Virus record (IMG/VR): IMGVR_UViG_3300030109_003433
Location: 1 to 56,845 of that record
Origin: a virus
Lineage: Duplodnaviria; Caudoviricetes
Length of the DNA: 56,845 nucleotides
Direction: 5' to 3' (one strand)
The position numbers and the translations under genes were made by a program. The notes below the pieces were generated by a model. That model was not told where the DNA came from, did no database searches, and was given only the letters and a program-made list of their open reading frames with translations. Below are positions 1-8,871 of the stretch, piece after piece. The first letter of the stretch is position 1. Each line of letters opens with the position of its first letter.

Positions 1-77
1 CCTTAAACTCAAGCACCCATTTTTTGAATGAGGGCTTTGCACATTATATTGGTAATGATGATGTTGATGGTTATTTT
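1..77 (+). repeat. Exact 77-nt repeat of 54059-54135 (circularisation/assembly junction)
   Basis: ccttaaactc...ggttatttt is identical at both positions, then diverges (gac vs aac). Confidence 0.95.
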
Positions 78-2405
78 GACGGTCTTATAGCAGAGGTAAA
101 TGTTGTAGATGGTTCTCAGCTTACACCAAGTTCTTTTGGAGAAACCGATACTGCATCAAACGCTTGGATTCCAAAAAAGTATGTTGGAGCTTATGGAACT
201 CAGGGATTTTATTTAAAGTTTGTATCTGGAGCATTAGGGACAGATAGTTCTGGTGAAGGCAATAACTGGACAGCTAACAATGTAGGAAACGGAGATGTTC
301 TTTTGGACACCCCCACCAACAATTTTCCAATAGTAAATATACTAGAGCCTGTCAACACTACAATTTCTACTTTTAGGCAAGGAACTTTAAATATAAAAGC
401 TAGTGCTTATAGTAGTGGTAACTATGGTAATAACTTTGCGTCATTTATATTGCCCACTTCTGGCAAATGGTATGTTGAAATGCTAACAGGTGTACAAGCT
501 GGATCAGGAAACGTAGCACAACTTGGAATTAGTAAACAAGGGCCAGATGGATTAGTTATACCTAATCAATCTCAATTAGTTACTACATTTGGCGGCACTA
601 CAGGTTTAAATATAGACCTATATTCAAACACAGCCGACTTGTATGACGGAGGATCATCGCTTGACCAAGACACAGGTTTAACAGCTACTTCTTATGTTAC
701 TGCTTTAGCCGTTGATATAGATAACGATAAAGTCTGGGTAGGATACGATGGTGGCTCAAGTATTACTTGGTTAAATTCTGGCAATCCTGCTACTGGAGCA
801 AATGGTGCGGCACATACGTTTGATTCGGACAGTGGAATATACATGGCAGTTGCAACAAGCAGTGATAACGCAAATCGCTCATATGTAATTATGAACTTTG
901 GACAAAACGGAACTTTTTCTAATTACAAGACAGCAGGAGGCAATGCAGACGGAGCAGGGATAGGGAATTTCTTCTACTCTCCACCGTCCGGTTTCAAAGC
1001 GTTGTGTCAAAAAAACCTCCCGACTCCGGCAATTAAATTGCCAGGATCGCATTTTAACCCAGTAATTTATACAGGTAGCGACAACGATGCAGTTTCACAA
1101 AGTGTTACTGGAGTTGGTTTTGAACCTGATTTAGTAATAATTAAAAAACGAAATGCAAGCGCAAGTCCAGCTTGGTGGGATCAAGTGCGTGGAGAACATA
1201 AAGGTTTGAATTCGGATGGAACTCAAGCTGAAGTTACGGATACGTATGGACTTGAAACATTTGATTCAGATGGTTTTACTGTTAGAGAAAGCACTTCTGC
1301 ACATGGACAAGTAAATACAGGATCGCTTGTAGCTTGGAACTGGCTGGCTGGAGGAACTGCACCTAGCAAAACGTATACTACGAAAGTGGTGTCAGACAGT
1401 GGCAACAAATATCGTTTTGATGATTATGGCACAAGTGCGGTAACCCTTAACCTGCAAGAGGGCGGCACATACACTTTTGATCAGTCAGACAGTTCTAACT
1501 CTGGACATCCTCTTAGATTCTCTACTACCTCTGACGGCTCTCACGGTGGCGGCTCAGAATATACGACAGGCGTAACAACTAACGGGACACCTGGATCGTC
1601 TGGAGCTTACACAAGAATTACTGTAGCGGCATCTGCCGCAACCCTTTACTACTACTGCACCGCTCACTCAGGAATGGGCGGTCAAGCAAACACAAACAGC
1701 ACTCATGGATCAACCAACTTGAATGGTTCCATTCTTTCCGTTGTGTCTGAAAATACTACATCAGGATTTAGTGTAGTAAGTTACACTGGTACAGGGTCTA
1801 ATGCCACGGTTGGGCATGGGCTGGGTGTAGCACCATTATTAATTATTGTAAAAAATAGAAGTCAGGCAGATAAATGGGTTATTTATTCTACTGTTACTGA
1901 TGAGACAGATTATTTGCAGTTTGATCGAGACACTTCTACGGTAGATGATAATACGATGTGGAATGATACTGCGCCCACTTCATCTGTATTTTCTGTTGGC
2001 ACAGCACATGAAGCGAATGCTAGTTCAGAAAATTATATTGCATATTGTTTTGCAGAAAAAGATGGGTTTAGTAAAATTGGTGCGTACCGTGGAAACGGCT
2101 CTACTAACGGCCCATATATTTATACCAGATTCCAGCCGTCTTTTGTCGTATGGAAACGAACAAATGATGTAGGGCGATGGCAAATATTAGATGTTGCAAG
2201 AGATACTACCAATGTCGTAGGTAATGCAATGACTACTGGCATAAATTGGAATAGTTCTTCTCAAGAATATACAGGTTGGTTGGTAGATTTTTATAGTAAT
2301 GGTTTTAAACCTAAACAAACAGAAGTAGAAACTAATGCTAATGCGTCTACATTTCTCTATATGGCCTTTAGTGAATTTCCAGACAAATATTCAAATGCAA
2401 AGTAG
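3..2405 (+). CDS. Tail fibre/receptor-binding protein, allele A (5'-truncated; in frame with the N-terminus at 53614-54058)
   Basis: Frame open from base 3; LamG/SPRY-like beta-rich domains; collinear paralogue of 53614..56358. Confidence 0.85.
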   Translation, partial: LNSSTHFLNEGFAHYIGNDDVDGYFDGLIAEVNVVDGSQLTPSSFGETDTASNAWIPKKYVGAYGTQGFYLKFVSGALGTDSSGEGNNWTANNVGNGDVLLDTPTNNFPIVNILEPVNTTISTFRQGTLNIKASAYSSGNYGNNFASFILPTSGKWYVEMLTGVQAGSGNVAQLGISKQGPDGLVIPNQSQLVTTFGGTTGLNIDLYSNTADLYDGGSSLDQDTGLTATSYVTALAVDIDNDKVWVGYDGGSSITWLNSGNPATGANGAAHTFDSDSGIYMAVATSSDNANRSYVIMNFGQNGTFSNYKTAGGNADGAGIGNFFYSPPSGFKALCQKNLPTPAIKLPGSHFNPVIYTGSDNDAVSQSVTGVGFEPDLVIIKKRNASASPAWWDQVRGEHKGLNSDGTQAEVTDTYGLETFDSDGFTVRESTSAHGQVNTGSLVAWNWLAGGTAPSKTYTTKVVSDSGNKYRFDDYGTSAVTLNLQEGGTYTFDQSDSSNSGHPLRFSTTSDGSHGGGSEYTTGVTTNGTPGSSGAYTRITVAASAATLYYYCTAHSGMGGQANTNSTHGSTNLNGSILSVVSENTTSGFSVVSYTGTGSNATVGHGLGVAPLLIIVKNRSQADKWVIYSTVTDETDYLQFDRDTSTVDDNTMWNDTAPTSSVFSVGTAHEANASSENYIAYCFAEKDGFSKIGAYRGNGSTNGPYIYTRFQPSFVVWKRTNDVGRWQILDVARDTTNVVGNAMTTGINWNSSSQEYTGWLVDFYSNGFKPKQTEVETNANASTFLYMAFSEFPDKYSNAK

Positions 2406-2414
2406 AGGTAGACA

Positions 2415-2963
2415 ATGTACGCAATAGTTAAAGACGCAGCAATTACTGCTACGGGAACAATTAAACAATTATTTCCTAACACTTCTTTTGCAGGGGGTGT
2501 GGCAAATGAAGAGTTTAAAAAAGCAGAAAACGTAGAAGACGTTGTTAATGCTGAACAAAAAGACAGAACATATTATTTTGTCACGCAAGGCAATATTGTT
2601 CTTGTTGATGGCGTTCCCACACAACAATTTACTAACACAGCTAAACAATTAAACGACAGAGATGCCACCGATGAAGATGGTAATAAAGTTAAAGATGCGG
2701 ATGGCAATCAACTAATAGAGTATGGTTTAAAAACGACAATGACTAACCAAGTCAAGACAACTGCAAATAGTTTATTAGCAACAACAGATTGGATGATTAT
2801 AAGAAAGGTAGAGCGTAGCGTAAACGTACCCTCTGCTACAGAAACTTATCGGACTGCTGTGCTTACAGAGTGTGGAAGATTGGAGTCAGCAATAGCTGGA
2901 GTGTCTGACGTAGACGCTTTGAAAGTAGTAATGGATGGACAAAACTGGCCTAAAGAGGGATAA
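2415..2963 (+). CDS. Tail fibre assembly/chaperone protein, allele A
   Basis: Follows the fibre gene; LLATTDWMIIR..YR...WP pattern typical of tail assembly chaperones; paralogue at 56361. Confidence 0.75.
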   Translation: MYAIVKDAAITATGTIKQLFPNTSFAGGVANEEFKKAENVEDVVNAEQKDRTYYFVTQGNIVLVDGVPTQQFTNTAKQLNDRDATDEDGNKVKDADGNQLIEYGLKTTMTNQVKTTANSLLATTDWMIIRKVERSVNVPSATETYRTAVLTECGRLESAIAGVSDVDALKVVMDGQNWPKEG

Positions 2964-2966
2964 ATC

Positions 2967-3749
2967 ATGCGGATTATCGGACTTTTACTGGCGGTACTAA
3001 TAACTGGATGTCAAACAGCAGGGCAAGAATACTACCAAGCTGTTCAACAGATAGCCATAGCGCAGAGTCAGGCACAACAAGCTAAATCTGAGGCGTTATC
3101 CAAGATAGCCGCTAGTGGTGACTCGTCAGCGGCAGGATCTGCTGTAATGGCTTTAGCCTTGATGCAGTCACCACAGACACAGGTAATCCCTCAACAATCT
3201 GCGGCTCTTGAGTGGAGCAAGGCAGTCCTTCCAGTTGTCGGTTCCCTGGGGGCTATGTGGATTTCCAGCGATGCCCAGAAGACTACAGCTAGACACGCTA
3301 TGACCTCTAACTTGGCTAGGATTGAGCAAGAAGGAAATAAGACCACAGCCCTGTATGAGATGTTAGGGTCTAACAACGAGAACATGCTAAATCTTGGATT
3401 AGGCTCGTATGAGGCAATAAATGTTGCTGGTCAGCAGTCAGTTGATCTGGGACTTGGGCTAGGTTTAGCAAGCATCAATGGCGGTTCTGGTGGAGGTGAT
3501 AATTCGGCTGTATTGGATGCGTTAAGCAATCTGAACTGGCCTGATTACAGCACTAACTTCAAAGAAATTATGGATGCTCTCGGTGGAATAACCATACCTG
3601 ATTATTCAACGGAGTTAGACGATATCCTTAGTAGGCTCAATGCCGGTGTAACCACATGGGTGGCTGGTGTGAATTGCGTTGGAAATCAAGGTGGAGGCGT
3701 AATATCGGTAGGCAGTAGCACTTCAACTTTACCTGTGTGTCCAAACTAA
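2967..3749 (+). CDS. Predicted lipoprotein
   Basis: MRIIGLLLAVLITG-C signal peptide with lipobox-like Cys. Confidence 0.65.
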   Translation: MRIIGLLLAVLITGCQTAGQEYYQAVQQIAIAQSQAQQAKSEALSKIAASGDSSAAGSAVMALALMQSPQTQVIPQQSAALEWSKAVLPVVGSLGAMWISSDAQKTTARHAMTSNLARIEQEGNKTTALYEMLGSNNENMLNLGLGSYEAINVAGQQSVDLGLGLGLASINGGSGGGDNSAVLDALSNLNWPDYSTNFKEIMDALGGITIPDYSTELDDILSRLNAGVTTWVAGVNCVGNQGGGVISVGSSTSTLPVCPN

Positions 3750-3818
3750 GATTAAAGGCGGTGGATATCAGATCATTTTTTTTCTCAATAGGGTATCCAA
3801 AACGCAGGAGCAAACATT

Positions 3819-4337
3819 GTGGCGGTAGCAGAAATCATGGCGATTATCTCAACCGTCAATGCGGCAAGCGCGGCAATAAGCAAGGTCGCAGGAACGTGCA
3901 ACGATCTTAATACTATTGGTGCGTTTGTAGGGAAGTTAGGTCAAGCCCAAGTAGATATTCAAGCGTATCAAAACAAACACAGAAACAATCTATCTCAGGA
4001 AGAGTTAATCCAGATAACTCTGGCGAAGAAACAATATCAAGACAGAATGAATGAGATTCGTGAGTTATTTATTTATTCTGGCAATGCCCACCTCTGGGAT
4101 GAGATTCAGATGGAAATGGCAAATGCGAGGAAAAGGCGCATTGCTGAGATGAGAGCTAAAGAAGCCGCTAGAAAAAAAGCAATAAGCGTTACAATCTGGG
4201 CTGGTTTTATATTGATTGTTGCTGTAGCGGTATTTTTAGCAATGCTGTATGCGATATCGACTTATGCAGAACCGCTGATTACTGATGCTGACCTGTCAAC
4301 AGTATTGCTTTTGCTTGGAGGTCTGCCACTATGGTAA
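3819..4337 (+). CDS. Hypothetical membrane protein
   Basis: AGGAG SD before GTG; coiled region plus C-terminal hydrophobic helix. Confidence 0.7.
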   Translation: MAVAEIMAIISTVNAASAAISKVAGTCNDLNTIGAFVGKLGQAQVDIQAYQNKHRNNLSQEELIQITLAKKQYQDRMNEIRELFIYSGNAHLWDEIQMEMANARKRRIAEMRAKEAARKKAISVTIWAGFILIVAVAVFLAMLYAISTYAEPLITDADLSTVLLLLGGLPLW

Positions 4338-4546
4338 TGGCGTTTCTTCTAATTATGATTGTTGATGGCGAACCTATTGAGTCAAATCAGTTTATTTTTC
4401 GCAACGTGCATAGATGTAATTATTTTGCCAGAGCATTGGAAAGTGGCGAGGTATCCTACAGATATTCTTTTGTTAGGGGACAAACTAAAATAACGGCTTA
4501 CTGTATACCTAAAATGGTATCTGCAAATACAACTTTTCGGGACTAA
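4331..4546 (+). CDS. Hypothetical protein
   Basis: Coupled ORF in the operon; hydrophobic N-terminus, two Cys. Confidence 0.6.
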   Translation: MVMAFLLIMIVDGEPIESNQFIFRNVHRCNYFARALESGEVSYRYSFVRGQTKITAYCIPKMVSANTTFRD

Positions 4547-4549
4547 ACT

Positions 4550-4927
4550 ATGAATATATTCAGTGCAGTTCTTGGGCCAGTAACTAACCTTGCTGGCACA
4601 TGGATGAAGAATAAGCATGAGCAATCTCAGGCTAAACATCAGGCTAAGATGACGGTGATACAGAATGATGCAAACTGGGAAGACAAGATGGCCTCAGCGT
4701 CTGGCACAAGCTGGAAAGACGAGTTCTGGACGATTGTACTCGCTGTCCCTATCTTTATGGTTGGGTACGCTGTGGCTTTTGATGATATTGCTGTCATGGA
4801 TAGGGTTCACGCTGGTTTTGATGCTTTATCTAATCTTCCTGATTGGTATCAATACCTACTCTTTATTGCGGTCTCAGCTAGTTTCGGCATTCGCGGAGCG
4901 GATAAACTGATGAAGTTACGGAAATGA
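4550..4927 (+). CDS. Putative holin (3TM type)
   Basis: SWKDEFWTIV...PDWYQY...ASFGIR pattern with hydrophobic helices; near the endolysin. Confidence 0.6.
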   Translation: MNIFSAVLGPVTNLAGTWMKNKHEQSQAKHQAKMTVIQNDANWEDKMASASGTSWKDEFWTIVLAVPIFMVGYAVAFDDIAVMDRVHAGFDALSNLPDWYQYLLFIAVSASFGIRGADKLMKLRK

Positions 4928-5091
4928 ATTGTTATAACTGCAACACTGAACTAATCTGGGGTGGTGATCACGATAATGAGCATGATGACGAACACTTAAT
5001 TGAAACTAACTTGTCCTGTCCTAAATGTAAGGCTTTTGTAGTAGTGTGGTGGGGAGAAAAGGAGCAAGAGAATGACACCAGAGGAGTTTGA
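4924..5091 (+). CDS. Small zinc-ribbon protein (55 aa, not in ORF track)
   Basis: Hand translation MNCYNCNTELIWGGDHD...SCPKCKAF; two CxxC pairs; ATGA overlap with upstream gene. Confidence 0.75.
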   Translation: MNCYNCNTELIWGGDHDNEHDDEHLIETNLSCPKCKAFVVVWWGEKEQENDTRGV

Positions 5092-5272
5092 TAAGTGGCG
5101 AGTGTTTCCAAGACTGTTAGTGCTGGTTATGGCAATAGCTACCTGGGACGTAATACATTGGTTCATGAGTATTGAAGACCCGACTTTTGAACAGGCAGGT
5201 CTAGTCTCTGTGGTGACTGGAGCAATGACAGCGGTTTTCGGATTATTCTTAGGGCAAGGAAAGAAAGAGTAA
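5072..5272 (+). CDS. Small two-TM membrane protein (holin-like)
   Basis: AGGAG SD; two hydrophobic helices, basic C-terminus. Confidence 0.65.
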   Translation: MTPEEFDKWRVFPRLLVLVMAIATWDVIHWFMSIEDPTFEQAGLVSVVTGAMTAVFGLFLGQGKKE

Positions 5273-5478
5273 TGGCAAAGACAAAAGCAAAACCAAAGAA
5301 GAAAGCTAAATCAAAGGTAAACGAGGCAGGTAATTACACCAAGCCTTCCTTGAGGAAAAGGATTTTTAGCAGAATCAAAGCTGGAGGAAAAGGCGGGAAA
5401 CCTGGGCAGTGGTCAGCTAGGAAAGCCCAGATGCTTGCTTCAGCATACAAAAAAGCTGGTGGAGGATATAAAGACTAA
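5272..5478 (+). CDS. Small Lys-rich basic protein
   Basis: GKPGQWSARKAQ...GGGY pattern; TAATG coupling. Confidence 0.75.
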   Translation: MAKTKAKPKKKAKSKVNEAGNYTKPSLRKRIFSRIKAGGKGGKPGQWSARKAQMLASAYKKAGGGYKD

Positions 5479-5597
5479 TGGCAGAACTAAGTCCAGCGCA
5501 AAAGCGCAAAATGATTTCTCAACTTAAAAACTCAGCTAAGATGCACGCGGCTCAAGCCAAGGCTCTTGAAAAGACGTTGCCTAAGAAGAAAAAGTAA
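5478..5597 (+). CDS. Small basic protein (39 aa, not in ORF track)
   Basis: MAELSPAQKRK...LPKKKK; TAATG coupling at both ends. Confidence 0.7.
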   Translation: MAELSPAQKRKMISQLKNSAKMHAAQAKALEKTLPKKKK

Positions 5598-5851
5598 TGG
5601 CTCTCAAGAAGTCGCAAAAGTCCCTTAAAAAGTGGACAAAACAGAAGTGGAGGACAAAGAGTGGTAAACCCTCTACCCAAGGCTCAAAAGCCACTGGAGA
5701 ACGCTACCTGCCCGAAAAAGCCATTAAATCTATGTCTTCTAAAGAGTACGCGGCTACCACCAAAAAGAAAAGAGCAGACACGAAAAAAGGAAAACAGTTT
5801 TCTAAACAGCCTAAAAAGATAGCCAAGAAAACAGCAAGGCATAGGAAGTAG
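5597..5851 (+). CDS. Small Lys-rich basic protein
   Basis: QKSLKKWTKQKWRTKSG..GERYLP; coupled ORF. Confidence 0.75.
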   Translation: MALKKSQKSLKKWTKQKWRTKSGKPSTQGSKATGERYLPEKAIKSMSSKEYAATTKKKRADTKKGKQFSKQPKKIAKKTARHRK

Positions 5852-5853
5852 CT

Positions 5854-6141
5854 ATGGCAAGCAAGAAAGATTCAAGACTGGCAAGGGCTGGTGTATCTGG
5901 GTATAACAAGCCGAAGAGAACACCTAACCACCCAAAGAAAAGCCATGTTGTGGTTGCCAAGGAAGGAAACAAAGTTAAGACAATCAGGTTTGGTCAACAG
6001 GGGGTTAAGGGAGCAGGTAAAAACCCAAAAACAAAAAAAGATAAAGCTAGAAAAAAATCTTATTATGCCAGGCACAACGCACAAGATCCTAATCCTTCTA
6101 AGTTATCAGCGAGATATTGGTCTCATAAGGTGAAGTGGTGA
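5854..6141 (+). CDS. Small Lys/Arg-rich basic protein
   Basis: KTIRFGQQG...YYARH...SARYWS..KW pattern. Confidence 0.75.
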   Translation: MASKKDSRLARAGVSGYNKPKRTPNHPKKSHVVVAKEGNKVKTIRFGQQGVKGAGKNPKTKKDKARKKSYYARHNAQDPNPSKLSARYWSHKVKW

Positions 6142-6485
6142 GTTTTAAGTTCTTTAAAAGAGATGAGTTTAAGTGTTCTGAAACAGGCAACAATGAGATT
6201 CAGGACGAGTTCATCCATGCTCTGGATAAATTAAGAGAGAGCTGTGGTTTTCCTTTTGCAGTTACATCAGGGTATCGAGATCCTTCTCACAGTGTTGAAG
6301 CCAAGAAAGAAAAGGCGGGTCAGCATACCTTGGGTATTGCGGCAGATATAGCTGTGTCAGGAGGATCGCAAAGATTCATTATTGTGTCCAAGGCTTTGGA
6401 GCTTGGGTTTTCAGGAATCGGAGTGGCTAAGACTTTTGTTCATGTTGACACCAGGACAAGTCAGCCAGTGTTATGGTGCTACTAA
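6135..6485 (+). CDS. Peptidase M15A family endolysin
   Basis: TSGYR, HxxGxAAD and FVHVD zinc-ligand motifs. Confidence 0.9.
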   Translation: MVSFKFFKRDEFKCSETGNNEIQDEFIHALDKLRESCGFPFAVTSGYRDPSHSVEAKKEKAGQHTLGIAADIAVSGGSQRFIIVSKALELGFSGIGVAKTFVHVDTRTSQPVLWCY

Positions 6486-8345
6486 ATGCCTTTACAGAAA
6501 ATAAACATTAATGCTGGAATCAATAAGGAAAGCACCCAGTACACTAGAGATGGTGGGTGGTTCGATGGCGATAAAGTTAGATTCAGAAAAGGAAAACCTG
6601 AAAAGATAGGTGGCTGGCAGAAGTATATTGGATCTTCTTTTAAAGGGGTTGCCAGATCCTTATTAGACTGGGTTGCTTCAGACGGTACAAAATATCTTGG
6701 TGTTGGGACAAACTTAAAGTTTTATGTTAACGAGGGGACAGTATACAACGATGTTACTCCTTTAAGATCAACCACTAGCGCAGGTGATGTCACGTTTTCG
6801 GCAAGTAATGGTTCGTCTACAGTTACAGTAACTGATACAGGGCATGGAGCGGTAGCTAACGATTTTGTTACATTTTCTGATGCGGCAACTCTTGGTGGCA
6901 ATATAACAGCTACGGTGTTAAATCAAGAATATCAAGTAAATGTTGTTACCAGTGCAAATGCTTACACAATTACAGCCAAAGACACAGATGGGACGGCTGT
7001 AACAGCTAATAGTAGCGATTCTGGAAATGGTGGATCTTCAACAGTTGGAGCATACCAGATAAATACAGGCTTGAACGCTTGGTTAGAAAGCACTGGCTGG
7101 GGAGTGGGAGCATGGGATGTTGGAGCTTGGAGTTCTACCACTGCGCTTTCTTCAACAAACCAGTTGAGACTGTATTCTCAGGATTCTTTTGCAGATGATT
7201 TGTTGTTTAATGTCCGTGCTGGCGGTGTGTATTTCTGGGATGAAAGTAGCGGCACAAGCACAAGGGCAGTTAACCTGACTGCTGTTTCTGGGGCAAGCGA
7301 TGTTCCTACAGCCGCATTGCAGGTTATGGTGTCAGATGTAGATAGACACGTAATCTGTTTCGGAGTTAACCCGATAGGAAGTGCCTCGCTAAATCCTTTG
7401 TTTGTCAGGTGGTCTGACCAAGAAAGTGCAGTGAACTGGACACCTACAGCAACTAACTCTGCTGGGGGGCAAGTATTAAGCTCTGGGTCAGAGATTGTTG
7501 GTGCAGTAAAAACCAGACAGGAAATACTGATCTGGACAGATATTGGCATTCAGTCTATGCGATTTGTGGGCGCACCTTTTATATTTCAGTTTGGATCTGT
7601 GGCAGAGGGCGTTTCAATGATAAGCCCTAAATCAGCGGTTGCTGTTGGAGACTCTGTGTTCTTTATGGATAACAGGGGTTTTTATGTCTACAACGGATCT
7701 GTTAAAAGACTAGAGTGTTCTGTACTTGATTTTGTTTTAAGCAATATAAATACGGAGCAACTTGGAAAGGTGTTTGCGGCATCTAATCCAGACTTTAGTG
7801 AAGTAATGTGGTTTTACCCAGTAGGCACAGGCAATACCGATATTACTAATTATGTGTCTTATAACTATGTAGAAAATTTGTGGATGATTGGAACTATATC
7901 AAGAGCGTCTTGGACGTATGCGCCTACCAGAGACAATCCTATTGCCAGTTCCGCTGATATTGACACACCTCTGGTGCAGTATCTTTACAACCATGAGTTT
8001 GGGCATGATGACGATGGTGCAGAGATGGTGGCTTTTATAGAGTCTGGTGATCTTGAGCTTGGTGATGGCGAACAATTTGTAATGGTAAAAAGGATTATCC
8101 CAGATTTTAGTTTTGGCGGTGGGTCTTCCAGCGATGCCAGTATGACCATTACGCTAAAAGGCAAAGACTTTCCTCTTAACACAGCGACAACATTGACTAC
8201 CTCTACAGTTGTGCCGACAAGTTCTCAGTCGCATGTCAGGGCTAGATCAAGAGATATTATATTGAGGGTAGAAAACACAGGCACAGGCTATAGCTGGAGG
8301 CTGGGAACGCCTCGATTTGACATGAGAACGGATGGTAGACGCTAA
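6486..8345 (+). CDS. Tail hub/packaged-DNA stabilisation protein (P22 gp10/T7 gp12-like)
   Basis: 619-aa beta-rich protein, DGDKVRFR..PEKIGGW start, VRWSDQE; synteny. Confidence 0.7.
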   Translation: MPLQKININAGINKESTQYTRDGGWFDGDKVRFRKGKPEKIGGWQKYIGSSFKGVARSLLDWVASDGTKYLGVGTNLKFYVNEGTVYNDVTPLRSTTSAGDVTFSASNGSSTVTVTDTGHGAVANDFVTFSDAATLGGNITATVLNQEYQVNVVTSANAYTITAKDTDGTAVTANSSDSGNGGSSTVGAYQINTGLNAWLESTGWGVGAWDVGAWSSTTALSSTNQLRLYSQDSFADDLLFNVRAGGVYFWDESSGTSTRAVNLTAVSGASDVPTAALQVMVSDVDRHVICFGVNPIGSASLNPLFVRWSDQESAVNWTPTATNSAGGQVLSSGSEIVGAVKTRQEILIWTDIGIQSMRFVGAPFIFQFGSVAEGVSMISPKSAVAVGDSVFFMDNRGFYVYNGSVKRLECSVLDFVLSNINTEQLGKVFAASNPDFSEVMWFYPVGTGNTDITNYVSYNYVENLWMIGTISRASWTYAPTRDNPIASSADIDTPLVQYLYNHEFGHDDDGAEMVAFIESGDLELGDGEQFVMVKRIIPDFSFGGGSSSDASMTITLKGKDFPLNTATTLTTSTVVPTSSQSHVRARSRDIILRVENTGTGYSWRLGTPRFDMRTDGRR

Positions 8346-8542
8346 TGGCTGAATACAGAAGAGTTGTACTTCCTGTAGCAACGCCAGAATATAATTCTGA
8401 CAATGAACAGGTATCAAGAGCCACAGTAACCCAGACCCTAGAAGAGATGCAAAGTGACATTGCGGCTAACACTAAGAAGACGAGCAAGGAAAGCTCCCTA
8501 GCTTTGAGAAGGTTTCAGTTTTTGTTAATGGGAGCTAGTTGA
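8345..8542 (+). CDS. Small virion-associated protein
   Basis: Coupled ORF after tail hub gene. Confidence 0.65.
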   Translation: MAEYRRVVLPVATPEYNSDNEQVSRATVTQTLEEMQSDIAANTKKTSKESSLALRRFQFLLMGAS

Positions 8543-8871
8543 TGGCTGATGCAATTAAAGTTCTGGGTCAGCTAGATGTAAGTGCTACAACCATCACAAC
8601 ACTTTATACGGTGCCTGACTTAACCCAGACCACAGTTAGCTCTCTGGTTATCTGTAACAGGCACAGTTCGGGAATTACATTTAGGGTCAGCGTCCATGTC
8701 AATGGGGCTGGGGCAGATGACAAACAGTTTATATTTTATGATGAAGACTTGGCGGCAACTACAACAAGGACGGTGGTTATAGGTATGTGTCTTGGACAAA
8801 AAGACGTAGTAAAAGTTTATTCCAGTGCGGCTAATGTTAGTTTCAACTTATTTGGTGTGGAGACAAGCTAA
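8542..8871 (+). CDS. Small beta-rich virion protein
   Basis: GGAG SD; TTLYTVP...LVICN pattern; coupled. Confidence 0.7.
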   Translation: MADAIKVLGQLDVSATTITTLYTVPDLTQTTVSSLVICNRHSSGITFRVSVHVNGAGADDKQFIFYDEDLAATTTRTVVIGMCLGQKDVVKVYSSAANVSFNLFGVETS

